Shown here one piece after another: positions 20,296-32,302 of a DNA stretch of 64,000 nucleotides. The position numbers were made by a program, and so were the translations under genes. The DNA is from an uncultured Pseudomonadales bacterium (GTDB lineage: Bacteria > Pseudomonadota > Gammaproteobacteria > Pseudomonadales > Azotimanducaceae). The notes under the pieces are model-generated. The model had not been told where the DNA came from and made no database searches. It was given only the letters and a program-made list of their open reading frames with translations. The DNA lies in contig CALSRI010000004.1 in the NCBI GenBank assembly GCA_943788715.1, positions 29,876-93,875 on the forward strand, given 5' to 3'. The number at the start of each line of letters is the position of its first letter. Positions within the stretch are counted from its first letter, which is position 1.

Positions 20296-22725
20296 ATGTC
20301 GAATGACGCTATTGAGTTTCTTCCGGTTCTACCATTAAGAGATATGGTGGTATATCCCCACGGTGTGCACCCATTATTTGTTGGCACAGAAAGTTCCATT
20401 CAAGCACTCGACGCCGCAATGGCGGACGATAAACAAATTTTCCTTGTAGCGAAGATAGATCCAGATAAAGCCGAAGTGGAAGACGGTGATTTATATGCCA
20501 TGGGTACCGTTGCCAGCATATTACAATTACTCAAGCTCCCTGATGGTACAGTTAAAGTCTTGGTTGAAGGTGGTCAGAGAGCTGAGGTCAAAGGCTTAGA
20601 TTTTGAGGTGGATTATATCCGCGCGGAAGTAGAGGTACGCCCTGAGCCGGAAGTAGAGCGCAGGGAAGCCGATGCACTGAATAAAACTCTACTTGCCCAG
20701 TTTGAAGGCTTTGCCCAAAGCGGTAAAAAAATTCCACAGGAAGTGCTGGCGTCATTATCTGGGATCGATGATCCCTCGCGTCTTATGGATACAATGGCGG
20801 CGCAAATGTCATTGGACATTAAGGATCGGCAAAATATCCTCGAAACGGTGGATATTAGCGAACGTACTGAGCTGCTGCTGGGCATGATGGATGCAGGTTT
20901 AGCCTTGATTCAAGTCGAAAAGCAGGTTCGTGGGCGCGTAAAGAAGCAGATGGAACAAAGTCAGCGCGATTACTATTTGAATGAGCAAATGAAAGCTATT
21001 CAAAAAGAAATGGGTGACGATTCAGCAAATGAAACTGACGAGCTGCAGGAAAAAATTGATGCCTTAGGAATGCCTACTGAGGCTAAGGAAAAAACTCAAT
21101 CCGAGCTCAATAAACTGAAAAATATGGCACCAATGTCCGCAGAGGCAACGGTAGTCAGAAGCTTTATTGATTGGATGGTAAGTATTCCTTGGAGTAAGAA
21201 AAGCCGCGTCCGCAAAGATTTACAGGCGGCGCAAAAGATACTTGATGAAGATCACTTTGGTTTAACCGAGGTCAAAGAGCGCATCGTAGAGTATCTAGCG
21301 GTGCAAAATCGCACCAGCAAGTCAAAGAGCCCAGTGTTATGTTTAGTGGGTCCTCCAGGGGTGGGTAAAACAAGTTTAGGTGAGAGTATTGCTCGCGCTA
21401 CCAACCGAAAGTTTGTACGGATGGCGCTAGGCGGCGTTCGTGATGAGGCCGAGATAAGAGGCCACAGGCGCACTTATATTGGATCTTTGCCGGGTAAAGT
21501 CATCCAAAAGATGAGCAAAACAGGAGTGGTAAACCCACTATTCTTGCTTGATGAAATCGACAAGATGGGCATGGATATGCGCGGCGATCCAGCCAGTGCC
21601 CTGCTAGAAGTTCTTGATCCAGAGCAAAATAGCACGTTCAACGACCATTATTTGGAGGTGGATTACGATTTATCTAACGTATTCTTTGTGTGTACTTCAA
21701 ATTCAATGAATATTCCTGCGCCTTTGTTGGATCGTATGGAAGTAATCCGCCTGCCCGGATACACCGAGGACGAGAAATTGGGTATTGCTCGTCGCTACTT
21801 GGTACCCAAGCAAATTAAGAATAATGGCCTGAAAGGTAGCGAGTTAGAAATTACTGACGCAGCTCTCGTAGATCTTATTCGTTACTATACCCGTGAAGCG
21901 GGTGTGCGCGGTTTAGAAAGAGAAATCTCGAAAGTGGCGCGTAAAGTCGTAAAAGAACAGTCTCTGGATCAAACGGCAACTAAGAAGTCTTTCCCCAAGA
22001 CGGTTGTCGATGGACCGGAGCTGGAAAAATATTCTGGTGTGCGTAAGTTTAGTTATGGTTTGGCAGAAGAAGAAAGCCAAGTCGGTATTGTTACAGGTTT
22101 GGCTTGGACACAGGTTGGTGGTGAGCTGTTGAGTATTGAAGCTGTTGCAGTGCCGGGTAAAGGACGGCAGATCAAAACAGGCTCATTAGGCGACGTAATG
22201 CAGGAATCTATCCAAGCAGCGTTGACAGTTGTACGCAGTCGCGGACAATCTTTGGGGCTCGCTGACGACTTCCATGAAAAAAGCGATTTACACATTCACG
22301 TCCCAGAAGGCGCAACTCCAAAAGATGGTCCAAGTGCAGGCATTGGTATGTGTACTGCGATGATCTCGGTATTAACTGGTATTCCAGTAAAGGCTAATGT
22401 TGCAATGACCGGTGAAATTACGTTGCGCGGCCAAGTGTTACCCATTGGTGGACTAAAAGAGAAGTTGCTCGCAGCACATCGCGGTGGCATCAAACACGTT
22501 GTCATTCCTCACGAAAATGAGAAAGATCTGATAGAAATACCGGATAATGTGAAAAGTAATTTAGAAATTCATGCGGTTAAGTGGATAGACGAGGTGCTAG
22601 AAATAGCACTTGAGAGCATGCCTGAACCGAAAATACTGCATGATGGTGCAAGCGAAGATGTAAGCTCCGAGACAAAAAAGGATTCTGGCACGGCGGAGAC
22701 GCCTTCTGGTATAAGCCCTCACTAG
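20296..22725 (+). CDS. lon: Lon protease
   Basis: [31 protein letters not shown] and PKDGPSAG catalytic Ser. Confidence 0.98.
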   Translation: MSNDAIEFLPVLPLRDMVVYPHGVHPLFVGTESSIQALDAAMADDKQIFLVAKIDPDKAEVEDGDLYAMGTVASILQLLKLPDGTVKVLVEGGQRAEVKGLDFEVDYIRAEVEVRPEPEVERREADALNKTLLAQFEGFAQSGKKIPQEVLASLSGIDDPSRLMDTMAAQMSLDIKDRQNILETVDISERTELLLGMMDAGLALIQVEKQVRGRVKKQMEQSQRDYYLNEQMKAIQKEMGDDSANETDELQEKIDALGMPTEAKEKTQSELNKLKNMAPMSAEATVVRSFIDWMVSIPWSKKSRVRKDLQAAQKILDEDHFGLTEVKERIVEYLAVQNRTSKSKSPVLCLVGPPGVGKTSLGESIARATNRKFVRMALGGVRDEAEIRGHRRTYIGSLPGKVIQKMSKTGVVNPLFLLDEIDKMGMDMRGDPASALLEVLDPEQNSTFNDHYLEVDYDLSNVFFVCTSNSMNIPAPLLDRMEVIRLPGYTEDEKLGIARRYLVPKQIKNNGLKGSELEITDAALVDLIRYYTREAGVRGLEREISKVARKVVKEQSLDQTATKKSFPKTVVDGPELEKYSGVRKFSYGLAEEESQVGIVTGLAWTQVGGELLSIEAVAVPGKGRQIKTGSLGDVMQESIQAALTVVRSRGQSLGLADDFHEKSDLHIHVPEGATPKDGPSAGIGMCTAMISVLTGIPVKANVAMTGEITLRGQVLPIGGLKEKLLAAHRGGIKHVVIPHENEKDLIEIPDNVKSNLEIHAVKWIDEVLEIALESMPEPKILHDGASEDVSSETKKDSGTAETPSGISPH

Positions 22726-22746
22726 CAAAGTCTTGCGCGCATTAGC

Positions 22747-22775
22747 TTGCGCCAGCCTAGCTGTGTTGGTATAAA
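22747..22775 (+). promoter_or_regulatory. sigma70 promoter of hupB
   Basis: TTGCGC-17 bp-TATAAA with extended -10 TG. Confidence 0.6.
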
Positions 22776-22902
22776 ATGAAGATCCCGAAAGGGGTCTAAA
22801 ATTAACTGTAAACGCATAGAGAAAATAAGCCGTATTGGATGTGAGTTTTGCTCCTCATCCCACCAGCTATTCTATCGATAGGCGTATTTATGAGGGGCAA
22901 GT

Positions 22903-23175
22903 ATGAATAAGAGCGAATTGGTAGACCACATATCTGAATCAGCAGATATTTCAAAGACTGCTGCAAGCAGAGCTTTAGAGTCAACATTAGAAGCAATAAC
23001 CGGCTCCTTAAAGGACGGTGAATCAGTTGCGTTAGTTGGATTTGGAACATTCCTGGTACGTGACCGTGCGGCACGTCCTGGTCGTAACCCAAAGACTGGC
23101 GAAACGATTCAAATTTCTGCTGCCAAAGTTCCTGCTTTTAAGCCGGGCAAGGCGCTCAAGGACGCTTTAAACTAG
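22903..23175 (+). CDS. hupB: HU DNA-binding protein
   Basis: [24 protein letters not shown] and [12 protein letters not shown]. Confidence 0.97.
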   Translation: MNKSELVDHISESADISKTAASRALESTLEAITGSLKDGESVALVGFGTFLVRDRAARPGRNPKTGETIQISAAKVPAFKPGKALKDALN

Positions 23176-23194
23176 CGGCCAATGGGTGAAAAAG

Positions 23195-23221
23195 AAGGGC
23201 GCCGATAAAGCGCCCTTTTTT
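23195..23221 (+). terminator. intrinsic terminator of hupB
   Basis: AAGGGCGC-CGATAAA-GCGCCCTT followed by a T-run. Confidence 0.85.
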
Positions 23222-23264
23222 ATTTCTTTATCTTTTTAAGTCTTACTATTTTTACGTTTAAGGT

Positions 23265-25202
23265 GTGGCTAGCATGTTGCAGCAACTACGAGATCAAACT
23301 CAATCAACCGGCTTCAAAATATTAGTAGTGGCCATCATATTGGTCCTCACGCTATTTGGATTTGGTGCTACTAACGTCTTTCTTGGAGGTGACCCTAAGG
23401 TTGCTCAAGTCGGTGATTTTGACATCACTGAAAATGTGTTGAATGTTGAGACAGAGCGCGAAAAGCGACGAATTCTTTCTCAGGTAGGACCGGACTTTGA
23501 TCCGAACGATATTGACAGACTGCAGTTACAGCAATCTGCTCTTAACCAGCTTATCAATCGTCAAGTGTTGTATCAAACGGCGGCTGACCTAGGCATTAAA
23601 GTTTCCCAGAAAGAAGTCAACAAACAGCTTTTGGCAAGCCCGGTTTATCAGGTTGGTGGCGAATTTAACGAGGCCATTTATCGTCAGCAGCTGCAAGTGA
23701 TGGGTTATCAACCAGTAGAATTTTTAAACGAATACGCTGGCGCATTGAGCGTAGAGCAATTACGCGGCGGTGTAGTGGATGGCACCCTAGTGCTTGATTG
23801 GGAAATCGCTGAAGCGGTTAAAGTACTAGAGCAGCGTCGAGACTTTGCTTATTTGCCACTAGACCTTGCAGTGTACTCAGCAGCGGCTGAGGTTGGTTCT
23901 GAGGAGGTCCAGGCACGTTATGCTCAAGACCAAGATCTGTATATGACGCCTTTAACCGTGGACATTGAATACATCAGCTTAGCTGTCGCAGATTTAGCCG
24001 TTGGGTTAGAAAGCGAAGTGAGTGAAGACGAATTGCTAGCCATGTATGAAGTGGATCGAGCAGCGGCGTCTTCCGCAGATGAGCGCGATAGCTCGCATAT
24101 TCTCATTCAAGTTAACGATGCTATTGATGACGCAACTGCGCTGCAAAGAATCAACGAAATCGCCCAACGTATAAACAATGGCGAAAGTTTTGCAGATGTT
24201 GCTAAGGAAGCCTCAGAAGATCTTGGTTCAGCCGAGCAGGGTGGCGCTCTAGGTTCAGCCGGAAAGGGTGTTTTTGAAGCCTCTTTCGAAGAAGCTTTAT
24301 GGGCGTTGACCACAGTTGGGCAAGTATCTAAACCCGTTAGAACAGACTTCGGCTATCACCTGATACAACTCAACAATATTATTGCGACTCAATATCCCTC
24401 ATTTGCCGAAGAATTACCCCTATTGAAAGAACGGGTAAAAGTTGAGCTGGCTGAAGAGCAATATTCAGAACAATTAGACCAACTTGAGCGCAGTGCTTAC
24501 GATGAGCGTTACTCGCTAGCAGAAACTGCCAACGCATTGGGCCTGTCAGTCGCTCAAATTTCTGGTATTACGGAAAGTTCTATGGCCTCTGGTGAAGAGG
24601 GTGATGCTAACGCTTTGGTCAACAATCCAGACGTTCTGGAAGCACTATTTAGTGAAGAGGTATTGGCTGGCGAGAATAGCCAAATGATTCAAGTTAGTGA
24701 TACCGAAGCTGTAGTGGTAAGAGTAGCTCAGCAATACGAGCCGACCGAGATCGCATTAGAAGATGTTGCGCAGGATATTGAGGCTGAATTGCGCAGCGAA
24801 AGAGGTTTAGCTGCTATAGAGGAAGCTAAACTAGATGCCATAACCGCGCTAGAGGCGGGTACTGGCGTCAGCGAGGTTGCTACTTCTCTAGGTGAACGTT
24901 GGGTCACTCTAGAAAGCGTTGGGCGTATTAAAGGCGTACAAGAAGTTCCCGTAGAAATTTTGCAGGAAGCTTTTAGGCTACCAAGGCCCAGTGCTGGCGG
25001 AAAATCTATTGGTTCTGCGGATTACGAGCTAGGTAGCGCGCTCGTGATTGTGACCCAGGTTTCCCCCGGAGACGTAAATGCTACGACTGATGCCCAAGTG
25101 GAACAGTTTAACCAGATCATAGATTCAAGAGTGGAGCGTGCCGAGTTTATCGCTTTCTTCCAAGCAGCAGAAAACTCAGTAGGCGTTGTACGGCCTGAAT
25201 AA
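23265..25202 (+). CDS. ppiD: PpiD periplasmic chaperone / parvulin PPIase
   Basis: N-terminal TM, SurA-N-like region, parvulin motifs SHILI, FADVAKEASED.GSA..GG.LG and T.FGYHLI. Start GTG 23265 or ATG 23274. Confidence 0.92.
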   Translation: MASMLQQLRDQTQSTGFKILVVAIILVLTLFGFGATNVFLGGDPKVAQVGDFDITENVLNVETEREKRRILSQVGPDFDPNDIDRLQLQQSALNQLINRQVLYQTAADLGIKVSQKEVNKQLLASPVYQVGGEFNEAIYRQQLQVMGYQPVEFLNEYAGALSVEQLRGGVVDGTLVLDWEIAEAVKVLEQRRDFAYLPLDLAVYSAAAEVGSEEVQARYAQDQDLYMTPLTVDIEYISLAVADLAVGLESEVSEDELLAMYEVDRAAASSADERDSSHILIQVNDAIDDATALQRINEIAQRINNGESFADVAKEASEDLGSAEQGGALGSAGKGVFEASFEEALWALTTVGQVSKPVRTDFGYHLIQLNNIIATQYPSFAEELPLLKERVKVELAEEQYSEQLDQLERSAYDERYSLAETANALGLSVAQISGITESSMASGEEGDANALVNNPDVLEALFSEEVLAGENSQMIQVSDTEAVVVRVAQQYEPTEIALEDVAQDIEAELRSERGLAAIEEAKLDAITALEAGTGVSEVATSLGERWVTLESVGRIKGVQEVPVEILQEAFRLPRPSAGGKSIGSADYELGSALVIVTQVSPGDVNATTDAQVEQFNQIIDSRVERAEFIAFFQAAENSVGVVRPE

Positions 25203-25257
25203 AGCTCAATTAGATGGCGGTAAAATGTGAGGCTTACTGTTTAGTCTCGAAGCGCTC

Positions 25258-26916
25258 TTAGCGGCCGCCAACAGTGTCTATGTAAAGAGTCAGATGTTGT
25301 CCTGGCTGTAGATACTGTTTTGGGTCTATGCCGTTCCAGTTGCTAATTGCCGGTACGTTCGTTTTGAACTTGCTGGCAATCCTACTCAAAGAATCTCCAT
25401 TGCGAACCCTATAACGTATCTTGCGCATTACCTTGGGCGGCTCATCAACACCTGTAAATGAGTGACTAAGATTCGCATTAGGCACCACAATATTCTGGCC
25501 TATGCGTAATGTTGCCCTGCGGCCAATTTCGTTTTCCTTGACCAAAGCGGCAATAGTTACTTGGTACTGTTTAGCAATGCGCCAGAGCGAATCGCCGCTG
25601 CGAACCTTATGGGTAATGGTATGAGCGCTAGCCTTCTTGGTAACCGCTCTTTGTGAAAGTGGCACTCTTAAGTTATCACCAATGAAAATTCGATTGCTCT
25701 TTAAGCCGTTGATTCGCCTGAGTGTACTCACTTCGGTCTTATAACGTTGAGCTAGCACACTTAGAGTTTGGCCAGAACTGACTTTAATATCTAGCCAGGA
25801 AAGTCGCTCACCCTCCGGTACCGAATTTAGAGTTTGCTGCAGTGCAATAGCACGTGCAGCTCTTGTCTCGTCCATGATCGGCTCGTCTGGACTCATTGCC
25901 GTATAGGGGAGGATTAGGTGGTTTGGGCCGTTACTGGGGGTCTGACTGCGTTTTAGCGCTGGATTCCAGCGATATAGCGTTGCACTGGGCACATTGCTCA
26001 GCTCTACCAGTTTGGCGACATCAAACTGGCCCGGTAGGCTCAAAATAAAGAAGTTCTTTTGCATTACCACGTTAGGTAGCTGCACATTGTACTTAGCAGG
26101 GTTTTTCACAATTGCCGCCATAGCTAAGAGGCGGGGCACATAGGCCCGGGTCTCCCTTGGCAGCTTTAAGGCAAAAAAGTCCTTGCTGTCGCCTCGGCGA
26201 ATAGCCTTGGATACAGTGCCTCCACCAGCGTTATAGGCCGCTACCGCTAAAAGCCAATTATCGAAACGTTTGTTCAAGCGGGTCAAGTAGGTAAGGGCTG
26301 CGTCAGTTGAGGTAATTAGATCTCGGCGCCCATCATAATTGGCATTGATTTGTAGGCCATATTGCTTCGCTGTAGGCGCCATAAATTGCCACAGACCATT
26401 CGCGCCATAGGGTGAAAATGCATAGGGGTCCAGTGCACTCTCAATAATCGGCAATAACGCTAATTCAGCCGGTAAATCCTTCTCAAGGATTTGCTCCAGG
26501 ATATATGGTAAATAGTTTTGTATGCGACTTTCTAAACGCCGCCAATATTTTGGATTGTTTTCAAACCAACGTATTTCTTGTTGTACAGCACGCCGGTCTA
26601 GCTGGTGATCCAACACAAGGCCGCCGCGCAATTCTGCCCACAGATCGTCATACAGGCCTATTTCTGGTGTGGTTTCAGTTTCTGTTGAACCTTCTTTAAT
26701 CTCTATAGCAGATAGGCCACTTGGCATTGCCACTGGGAGGCCTATATCTTCAGCAGTGTCAGGCGCTGTCGTTTGTGTGGGAATACCTTGTTGACTAAGC
26801 TGGTTTTGACAGCCCGTAAGCGCGAGCAGCGCCAGGCAACTGCAAGAAAGTTCTTTTATCCAACCGGTTCTATTTGATTTTGCCAAAATGATTGTTGCTC
26901 TAGCTTTAAACGTCAT
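25258..26916 (-). CDS. mltD: membrane-bound lytic murein transglycosylase D
   Basis: Lipobox LTGC, SLT motifs IESA..P.A.S..GA.GLWQFM, AYNAG and ETRAYV, plus three LysM repeats. Confidence 0.92.
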   Translation of the reverse strand: MTFKARATIILAKSNRTGWIKELSCSCLALLALTGCQNQLSQQGIPTQTTAPDTAEDIGLPVAMPSGLSAIEIKEGSTETETTPEIGLYDDLWAELRGGLVLDHQLDRRAVQQEIRWFENNPKYWRRLESRIQNYLPYILEQILEKDLPAELALLPIIESALDPYAFSPYGANGLWQFMAPTAKQYGLQINANYDGRRDLITSTDAALTYLTRLNKRFDNWLLAVAAYNAGGGTVSKAIRRGDSKDFFALKLPRETRAYVPRLLAMAAIVKNPAKYNVQLPNVVMQKNFFILSLPGQFDVAKLVELSNVPSATLYRWNPALKRSQTPSNGPNHLILPYTAMSPDEPIMDETRAARAIALQQTLNSVPEGERLSWLDIKVSSGQTLSVLAQRYKTEVSTLRRINGLKSNRIFIGDNLRVPLSQRAVTKKASAHTITHKVRSGDSLWRIAKQYQVTIAALVKENEIGRRATLRIGQNIVVPNANLSHSFTGVDEPPKVMRKIRYRVRNGDSLSRIASKFKTNVPAISNWNGIDPKQYLQPGQHLTLYIDTVGGR

Positions 26917-26952
26917 AAACTGGCGGCGGATATTAACCGAAGTGTTCGCTAC

Positions 26953-27798
26953 ATGAACAGATTTAGTCGCTCAATGAATACGTCCAAATCTGCGGGTTTA
27001 TGGTCCAGTGCGTTAGGTAAAAAGACATGTTCGCTACAAATGCCAGAGATCGCACCCCTTACTCGCCTTATGCATGGGGATGTGGTTCTCTGGATTGGCG
27101 ATTGTCCAGATGCAGGGGTCGCCTTGCAAGGTTGCATGATTCGCCATACGATTTTCGCGTCTCAAGCTCAGACAACTGGCCCGACCCGGCCGCAGTCTAT
27201 GTTACGGATTGACTTACAAAACTTGCCTTTTCCTACGGGTAGTCTAGATGGCTTGGTGCTACATCATAGCTTGGAGTTAGTAAGTGACCCACGCGCCGCC
27301 ATGAAAGAAGTAGAGAGAGTTTTAGTGCCTGGCGGCAAACTGCTTATCTGTGGTTTTAACCCTTTTAGTTTGTATGGACTGCGCCGTTTATACGCAGCAG
27401 TTTTTGCGGATCCCATGAGTACCCACAACTTGGTCAATCCAATGCGCTTATTTGACTGGCTTGCATTACTCGATTTGCAACTTGACCGCCCACCGAAATA
27501 CTTTGAATACAGCCTTCCTGTTAGTCAAAGCCCTCTGACTTGGCTGCAGAACCAGCTTCGAGGGCGCAAGTGGCTGGATCCCAAATTGGCTAGCACGCCG
27601 TGGCTAGTAAATGCTGCGGGTAGATTGAGAGAATTTGTCGCGAGTACTAAATTACCGTTTGGTGGATTGTTGATAATCAGTGCCACTAAACAGGCGGCTT
27701 CAACTAATATGCAGATCATTGATAAGAAGGTCGGCATGAGCAAGAAGCGTGCTCTTAGGCCTGCTGTACTGCACAAAATTGGCGTTAATAAGGAATAA
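26953..27798 (+). CDS. class I SAM-dependent methyltransferase (YafS-like)
   Basis: LPFP.GSLDG.VL.H.LE...DP...MKE..RVL.PGG.L.I.GFNP.SL; position between mltD and rnhA. Start uncertain. Confidence 0.8.
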   Translation: MNRFSRSMNTSKSAGLWSSALGKKTCSLQMPEIAPLTRLMHGDVVLWIGDCPDAGVALQGCMIRHTIFASQAQTTGPTRPQSMLRIDLQNLPFPTGSLDGLVLHHSLELVSDPRAAMKEVERVLVPGGKLLICGFNPFSLYGLRRLYAAVFADPMSTHNLVNPMRLFDWLALLDLQLDRPPKYFEYSLPVSQSPLTWLQNQLRGRKWLDPKLASTPWLVNAAGRLREFVASTKLPFGGLLIISATKQAASTNMQIIDKKVGMSKKRALRPAVLHKIGVNKE

Positions 27799-27807
27799 GA
27801 GAGCTAA

Positions 27808-28245
27808 ATGTCCGTCGAAATATTTACTGATGGAGCCTGTAGGGGCAACCCTGGTCCTGGAGGCTGGGCGGCCTTGTTGCGTAAAGGCACTACTGAAAAG
27901 ATGATATCTGGGGCTGAGGAAATTTCTACCAACAACCAGATGGAACTTATGGCTGCCATTCAAGGTTTGGAACAATTGAAAAAACCAGTGCGTGTGACCC
28001 TTACCACGGATTCACAATACGTGAGGCAGGGGATTACCCAGTGGATTGAAGGCTGGAAGCGCAATGGTTGGATGACATCGCAAAAAAAACCGGTCAAGAA
28101 CCGGGAGTTGTGGCAGCGTTTAGATGCAGCAGTAGCCGAGCATCAAGTTGAGTGGCTTTGGGTAAAAGGTCACAGCGGACACAGAGAAAATGAAATGGTC
28201 GACCAAGCGGCAAATGACGCCATTGATATTATGCAGGCACAATAA
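27808..28245 (+). CDS. rnhA: ribonuclease HI
   Basis: [35 protein letters not shown] and ENEMVD. Confidence 0.98.
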   Translation: MSVEIFTDGACRGNPGPGGWAALLRKGTTEKMISGAEEISTNNQMELMAAIQGLEQLKKPVRVTLTTDSQYVRQGITQWIEGWKRNGWMTSQKKPVKNRELWQRLDAAVAEHQVEWLWVKGHSGHRENEMVDQAANDAIDIMQAQ

Positions 28246-28973
28246 TGAGACAGATTGTATTAGATACGGAAACTACCGGGCTTGAGGTTGCGCTGGGTCA
28301 TAAGATTATTGAGATCGGTGCTATCGAAATGATAGACCGCAAATTTACCGGGCGGCATTTTCATAAGTACCTAAACCCTGAACGTGAGATTGATGACGGC
28401 GCGAAAGAAGTGCACGGTATCACTGAAGCGTTTCTCGCCGACAAACCCAAATTTGCAGATATTTGGGAGGAACTTGAACGTTTTTTAGATGGCGCTGAGT
28501 TGATTATTCACAACGCGGTCTTTGATATTTCTTTTCTCGATAGCGAAATTCGCGCCCTAGTGCGTCAAGGTTTGGCACCACAGCGCAAAATCGAAGATTT
28601 TTGTGGCGTAATTGATTCATTGGCGATCGCTAGAAAAAAGCATCCTGGGCAAAAGTTAAACCTTGATGCGTTATGCCGCCGTTATGCGGTAGATAACTCT
28701 CAGCGCGAGTTACATGGAGCGCTCTTGGACGCTGAGATTTTGGCAGATGTTTATCTGCTGATGACGGGTGGTCAAACCAATTTATTTGGGACGGGGAACA
28801 ACTCTAACGATGATTCCTCAGGCCAAAATGAGAGCCAGATAGACCACAGTTGGGATATTCCTCCTCTACGCCAAGTAATGGCCAGTGTTGAAGACATGGC
28901 TGCACATGAGGCGTTATTAGATTTGATTGCACAGAATAGCGATGGTGGACCTGTTTGGCGGCGCGAGCGTTAG
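28245..28973 (+). CDS. dnaQ: DNA polymerase III epsilon subunit
   Basis: LDTETTG, IHNAVFD and HGALLDAEILADVY (ExoI-III). Confidence 0.97.
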   Translation: MRQIVLDTETTGLEVALGHKIIEIGAIEMIDRKFTGRHFHKYLNPEREIDDGAKEVHGITEAFLADKPKFADIWEELERFLDGAELIIHNAVFDISFLDSEIRALVRQGLAPQRKIEDFCGVIDSLAIARKKHPGQKLNLDALCRRYAVDNSQRELHGALLDAEILADVYLLMTGGQTNLFGTGNNSNDDSSGQNESQIDHSWDIPPLRQVMASVEDMAAHEALLDLIAQNSDGGPVWRRER

Positions 28974-29062
28974 CCCAGAACTGCGGCGATAGCTACCTAA
29001 CTGAAGCAAGCCCTTCTACTCGCTGACGAGCAAAAGGGCGTTACAAAGCGGTTCAATAAGTT

Positions 29063-30571
29063 CTACAGTATGTAGTTAACACATGCCCAACCAGTTACAC
29101 CCATTACAATAGTGTACGGCAGAGCCATGGTTACCATGCGCATATAGCTTAGTCTGATGAGCGGAGCGATGGATGAAGTGAGCAAAAACAAGAATGCTGC
29201 CTGTCCATTTGGTGTTGCCACGCTTGGGATATTGGTTCCTGTGTTGATGGCAATTGCCAGCAAATCAAATTGGTCTCTAGTGATAGAGCCATTGTCCAAG
29301 GCAGCTTTCACTTCGCCAATGTAGACTGTCGCCACAAATACGTTATCACTGATCGCTGATAGCAATCCGTTAGCGATGTAGAACATGCCAGGCTGCACAT
29401 CCAACGGCAGGCTCAGTACATAGGCTATTACTGGCGAAAACAGATGCTGATCGTGGATAACACCAACCACACCAAAGAAGACGACAAGCAAGGCTGTAAA
29501 AGGCAGTGCCTCTTCAAATGCGTGGCCTAAGTCATGCTCTTCAATAACGCCGTTAAACGCAGTTTGTAGCACGATAATGCTTAGGCCAATGAGGCCGACT
29601 TCGGCAACGTGATTAGCTAATGCCCATATCAAAATCAGACCAGAGATGGCTTGAATGATGAGTCTTGCGTTGTCTCGGTCAGTTCTGCGAGCGCTTTCGG
29701 CTACGTCAAAGTCCGTGAGGATGCCGCGAACACGTTCGGGTAGCTGGGTACCATAGCCCAGAATTTTTATTTGCTCTAGCACGACACAGGTAATTAGACC
29801 CGCCACTAGCACTGGCATAGTTACAGGTGCCATGCGATAAAAGAACTCTGCGAAATTCCAACCGGCTTGGCTGGCGATCAGTAAGTTTTGTGGCTCGCCT
29901 ACAGTAGTACACACACCGCCCAAAGCAGTACCTACCGCTGCGTGCATTAAAAGGTTGCGCAGAAAAGATCTGAACTGATCTAGTTCTGCACGATCTTCCT
30001 CTGGGACATCGGCATCTTCCTCACCATCCGCTCCACCATCATCAGCGAGCTTAGTCGCCACGACTTGGTGGTAAATCGTGTAAAAACCAACGGCGACGCT
30101 AATGACCACAGCCGTGACTGTTAGTGCATCCAAGAATGCAGAAAGAAATGCTGAAATGGCACAAAACAGGAATGAAATAAGTGTTTTGGAGCGAATCGAC
30201 AAGAGGATTTTGGTGAAGGTAAAGAGCAGTAGCTCCTTCATAAAATAGATACCAGCGACCATAAATACTAATAAAAGTATTACTGGAAAAGCCATTTCTA
30301 CCTCATGGTAAACAGTAGCCGGGCTCGTCATACCCATCAAGATACCTTCTAAAGCAAGCAGTCCTCCTGGTTGCAATGGATAGCACTTTAGCGCCATGGC
30401 GAGGGTAAAAATAAACTCCAGAACTAGCGCCCAACCTGCCAAATAGGGATTCGCGGTGACCAGTAGTAGCAGTGGATTGAAGATTAAAAATCCAATAATG
30501 GTCAACTTGTACCAATCTGGTGCATGACCAAGAAAATTCTGAGAAAACGAATTGAGGGATAACCCTTTCAT
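29063..30571 (-). CDS. nhaB: Na+/H+ antiporter NhaB
   Basis: [42 protein letters not shown] and [12 protein letters not shown]. Confidence 0.97.
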   Translation of the reverse strand: MKGLSLNSFSQNFLGHAPDWYKLTIIGFLIFNPLLLLVTANPYLAGWALVLEFIFTLAMALKCYPLQPGGLLALEGILMGMTSPATVYHEVEMAFPVILLLVFMVAGIYFMKELLLFTFTKILLSIRSKTLISFLFCAISAFLSAFLDALTVTAVVISVAVGFYTIYHQVVATKLADDGGADGEEDADVPEEDRAELDQFRSFLRNLLMHAAVGTALGGVCTTVGEPQNLLIASQAGWNFAEFFYRMAPVTMPVLVAGLITCVVLEQIKILGYGTQLPERVRGILTDFDVAESARRTDRDNARLIIQAISGLILIWALANHVAEVGLIGLSIIVLQTAFNGVIEEHDLGHAFEEALPFTALLVVFFGVVGVIHDQHLFSPVIAYVLSLPLDVQPGMFYIANGLLSAISDNVFVATVYIGEVKAALDNGSITRDQFDLLAIAINTGTNIPSVATPNGQAAFLFLLTSSIAPLIRLSYMRMVTMALPYTIVMGVTGWACVNYIL

Positions 30572-30928
30572 AACACTCCTTACACCAACATTTTGAAGGG
30601 CAATCTATCTGCCCATAATTGTCGCCATTTATCTGCGATCTATTTATTTTTGTGTCTATTTGTTAGCCGAGGGGAGATTTGGCTGTGCTTGGCTATGAGC
30701 TGCAAAACCGCCTTAAGGCAGCCCCATAAGATAGCCTGCAGCATGCCAGTGGGCAACAACTAAGGGCCGAGATTTCAAAGAAAATTAGCGTTCTAAGTTC
30801 AGCTGAGGATTAGCTAGCGCGACTCCTAGCAAAGTTCATGTGGTGACTTTGCAAGGTTTGCGCGGGCGGTCAGCGTTCAATCTGTGCTATGTTGCTTTCT
30901 TTTTGTGATTTAGGGGTAGGGCAGTTAT

Positions 30929-31759
30929 ATGTGGCCAAATAGTCCAGATGAGTTTGCAGCAAATCATGTCATGGCGGAAGGTGATGATTCAGACGATGCT
31001 TGGTATTTTGCGTTTATCCGCGACGAATTGATTTGCAAAAGTGTTCAGGGTGTCCCCGAGCCAATTAGCGCAGATGATTTTCGTTGGTTTGATGTGGAAA
31101 CAACGAGTAAACACTTCCTTGGCCATTACTCTAATCGCCCTTGCTTTGCTTTAGCGGTTAAAGGCGCATTGCCAGAAGGTTTCGTTAAGTTGGGCTTGCG
31201 CGGAATACTAGGGCGCGCATCGCAATCCATCTTCTATTTAGCGGGAAGAGCGAAGCAGGTTATAGATTGGCACCAGACCAATCAATTTTGTGGTCGTTGC
31301 GGTGATTCTATGCAAATACACGGCGCCGACAGAGCTATGCAATGCGGTAGCTGCCGGATGATCGCCTACCCACGTTTGTCGCCTAGTATCATTGTTCTCA
31401 TTACCAAAGGGGAGGAAATGCTTTTGGCTCGAAATGCAGCCTGGCCGCAGGGTATGTACAGTACTTTGGCGGGGTTTGTTGAGGCCGGTGAATCCATTGA
31501 ACAAACCGTCCACCGTGAGGTGATGGAAGAGGTTGGACTACAGGTAGAAGGTTTACAGTACTTTGGCTCTCAGAGCTGGCCGTTTCCTAATTCCCTTATG
31601 CTTGGCTTTCATGCCAAATACGCCGGTGGGGATATTCTATGCCAGCCGGAAGAGATAGCAGATGCTCAGTGGTTTACCAAAGATACGTTACCCCAGATCC
31701 CACCGAAGACGGCGATTTCAGGTTGGTTAATCCAAGAATTTTTGGACCAGTTGGGCTAG
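30929..31759 (+). CDS. nudC: NADH pyrophosphatase / NAD-cap decapping Nudix hydrolase
   Basis: FCGRCG...C..C zinc site, YPR.SP, Nudix box GFVEAGE...HREVMEEVG and SQSWPFP.SLM. Confidence 0.94.
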   Translation: MWPNSPDEFAANHVMAEGDDSDDAWYFAFIRDELICKSVQGVPEPISADDFRWFDVETTSKHFLGHYSNRPCFALAVKGALPEGFVKLGLRGILGRASQSIFYLAGRAKQVIDWHQTNQFCGRCGDSMQIHGADRAMQCGSCRMIAYPRLSPSIIVLITKGEEMLLARNAAWPQGMYSTLAGFVEAGESIEQTVHREVMEEVGLQVEGLQYFGSQSWPFPNSLMLGFHAKYAGGDILCQPEEIADAQWFTKDTLPQIPPKTAISGWLIQEFLDQLG

Positions 31760-31762
31760 CTC

Positions 31763-32071
31763 TTAGGCCGCCTTGTCGGCATTTCCGCTGAGAGCGGCCA
31801 TTGTCTGGAAAACCCAAATTAAATGGCCGTTGGCGCGCAGACTTCCTGCCATGAATGCTTGCATGGGGTCTTTTTCCCCTAAGATTAAACTTTTCACATC
31901 GTCTTGGTCTTTGAAGTAGATTATCAACTCTGGATTTGCATCGTCTGCAAAGCTGATTTGTTCATCTTGGATCTGGAAGCATATTTGACCGTCATTCCAT
32001 TCAATGCGCACTCGTGCGTCCAGCCCTTTAGACTTTTTGCTACAAAATTGACTTTCAATAAAGCTACGCAT
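31763..32071 (-). CDS. SCP2 sterol/lipid-binding domain protein
   Basis: C-terminal LILGE.DPMQAFMAGSLRANG pattern; 102 aa; same neighbourhood as in pseudomonads. Confidence 0.72.
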   Translation of the reverse strand: MRSFIESQFCSKKSKGLDARVRIEWNDGQICFQIQDEQISFADDANPELIIYFKDQDDVKSLILGEKDPMQAFMAGSLRANGHLIWVFQTMAALSGNADKAA

Positions 32072-32302
32072 TGCGGTTCAGTTACTCTCCTAGCCGTGGC
32101 CGGTCCAAACGACCTGACCACAAAATGAAGCTGCTTTTTATCAAAGCTGGCGCAAAGGTCAAGTTATTAGGCTGATTCTCGTGAAAGTAACTTCAAATGA
32201 AGGGTTAGCAGCGTTTTAGCCGACAGAGATTTAACGCTGCGCTGGCGCTGAGTGAGCGCAATAGATAAAGTAGCCAACCTTTTTCAGTTAGACAAAAGCT
32301 TT

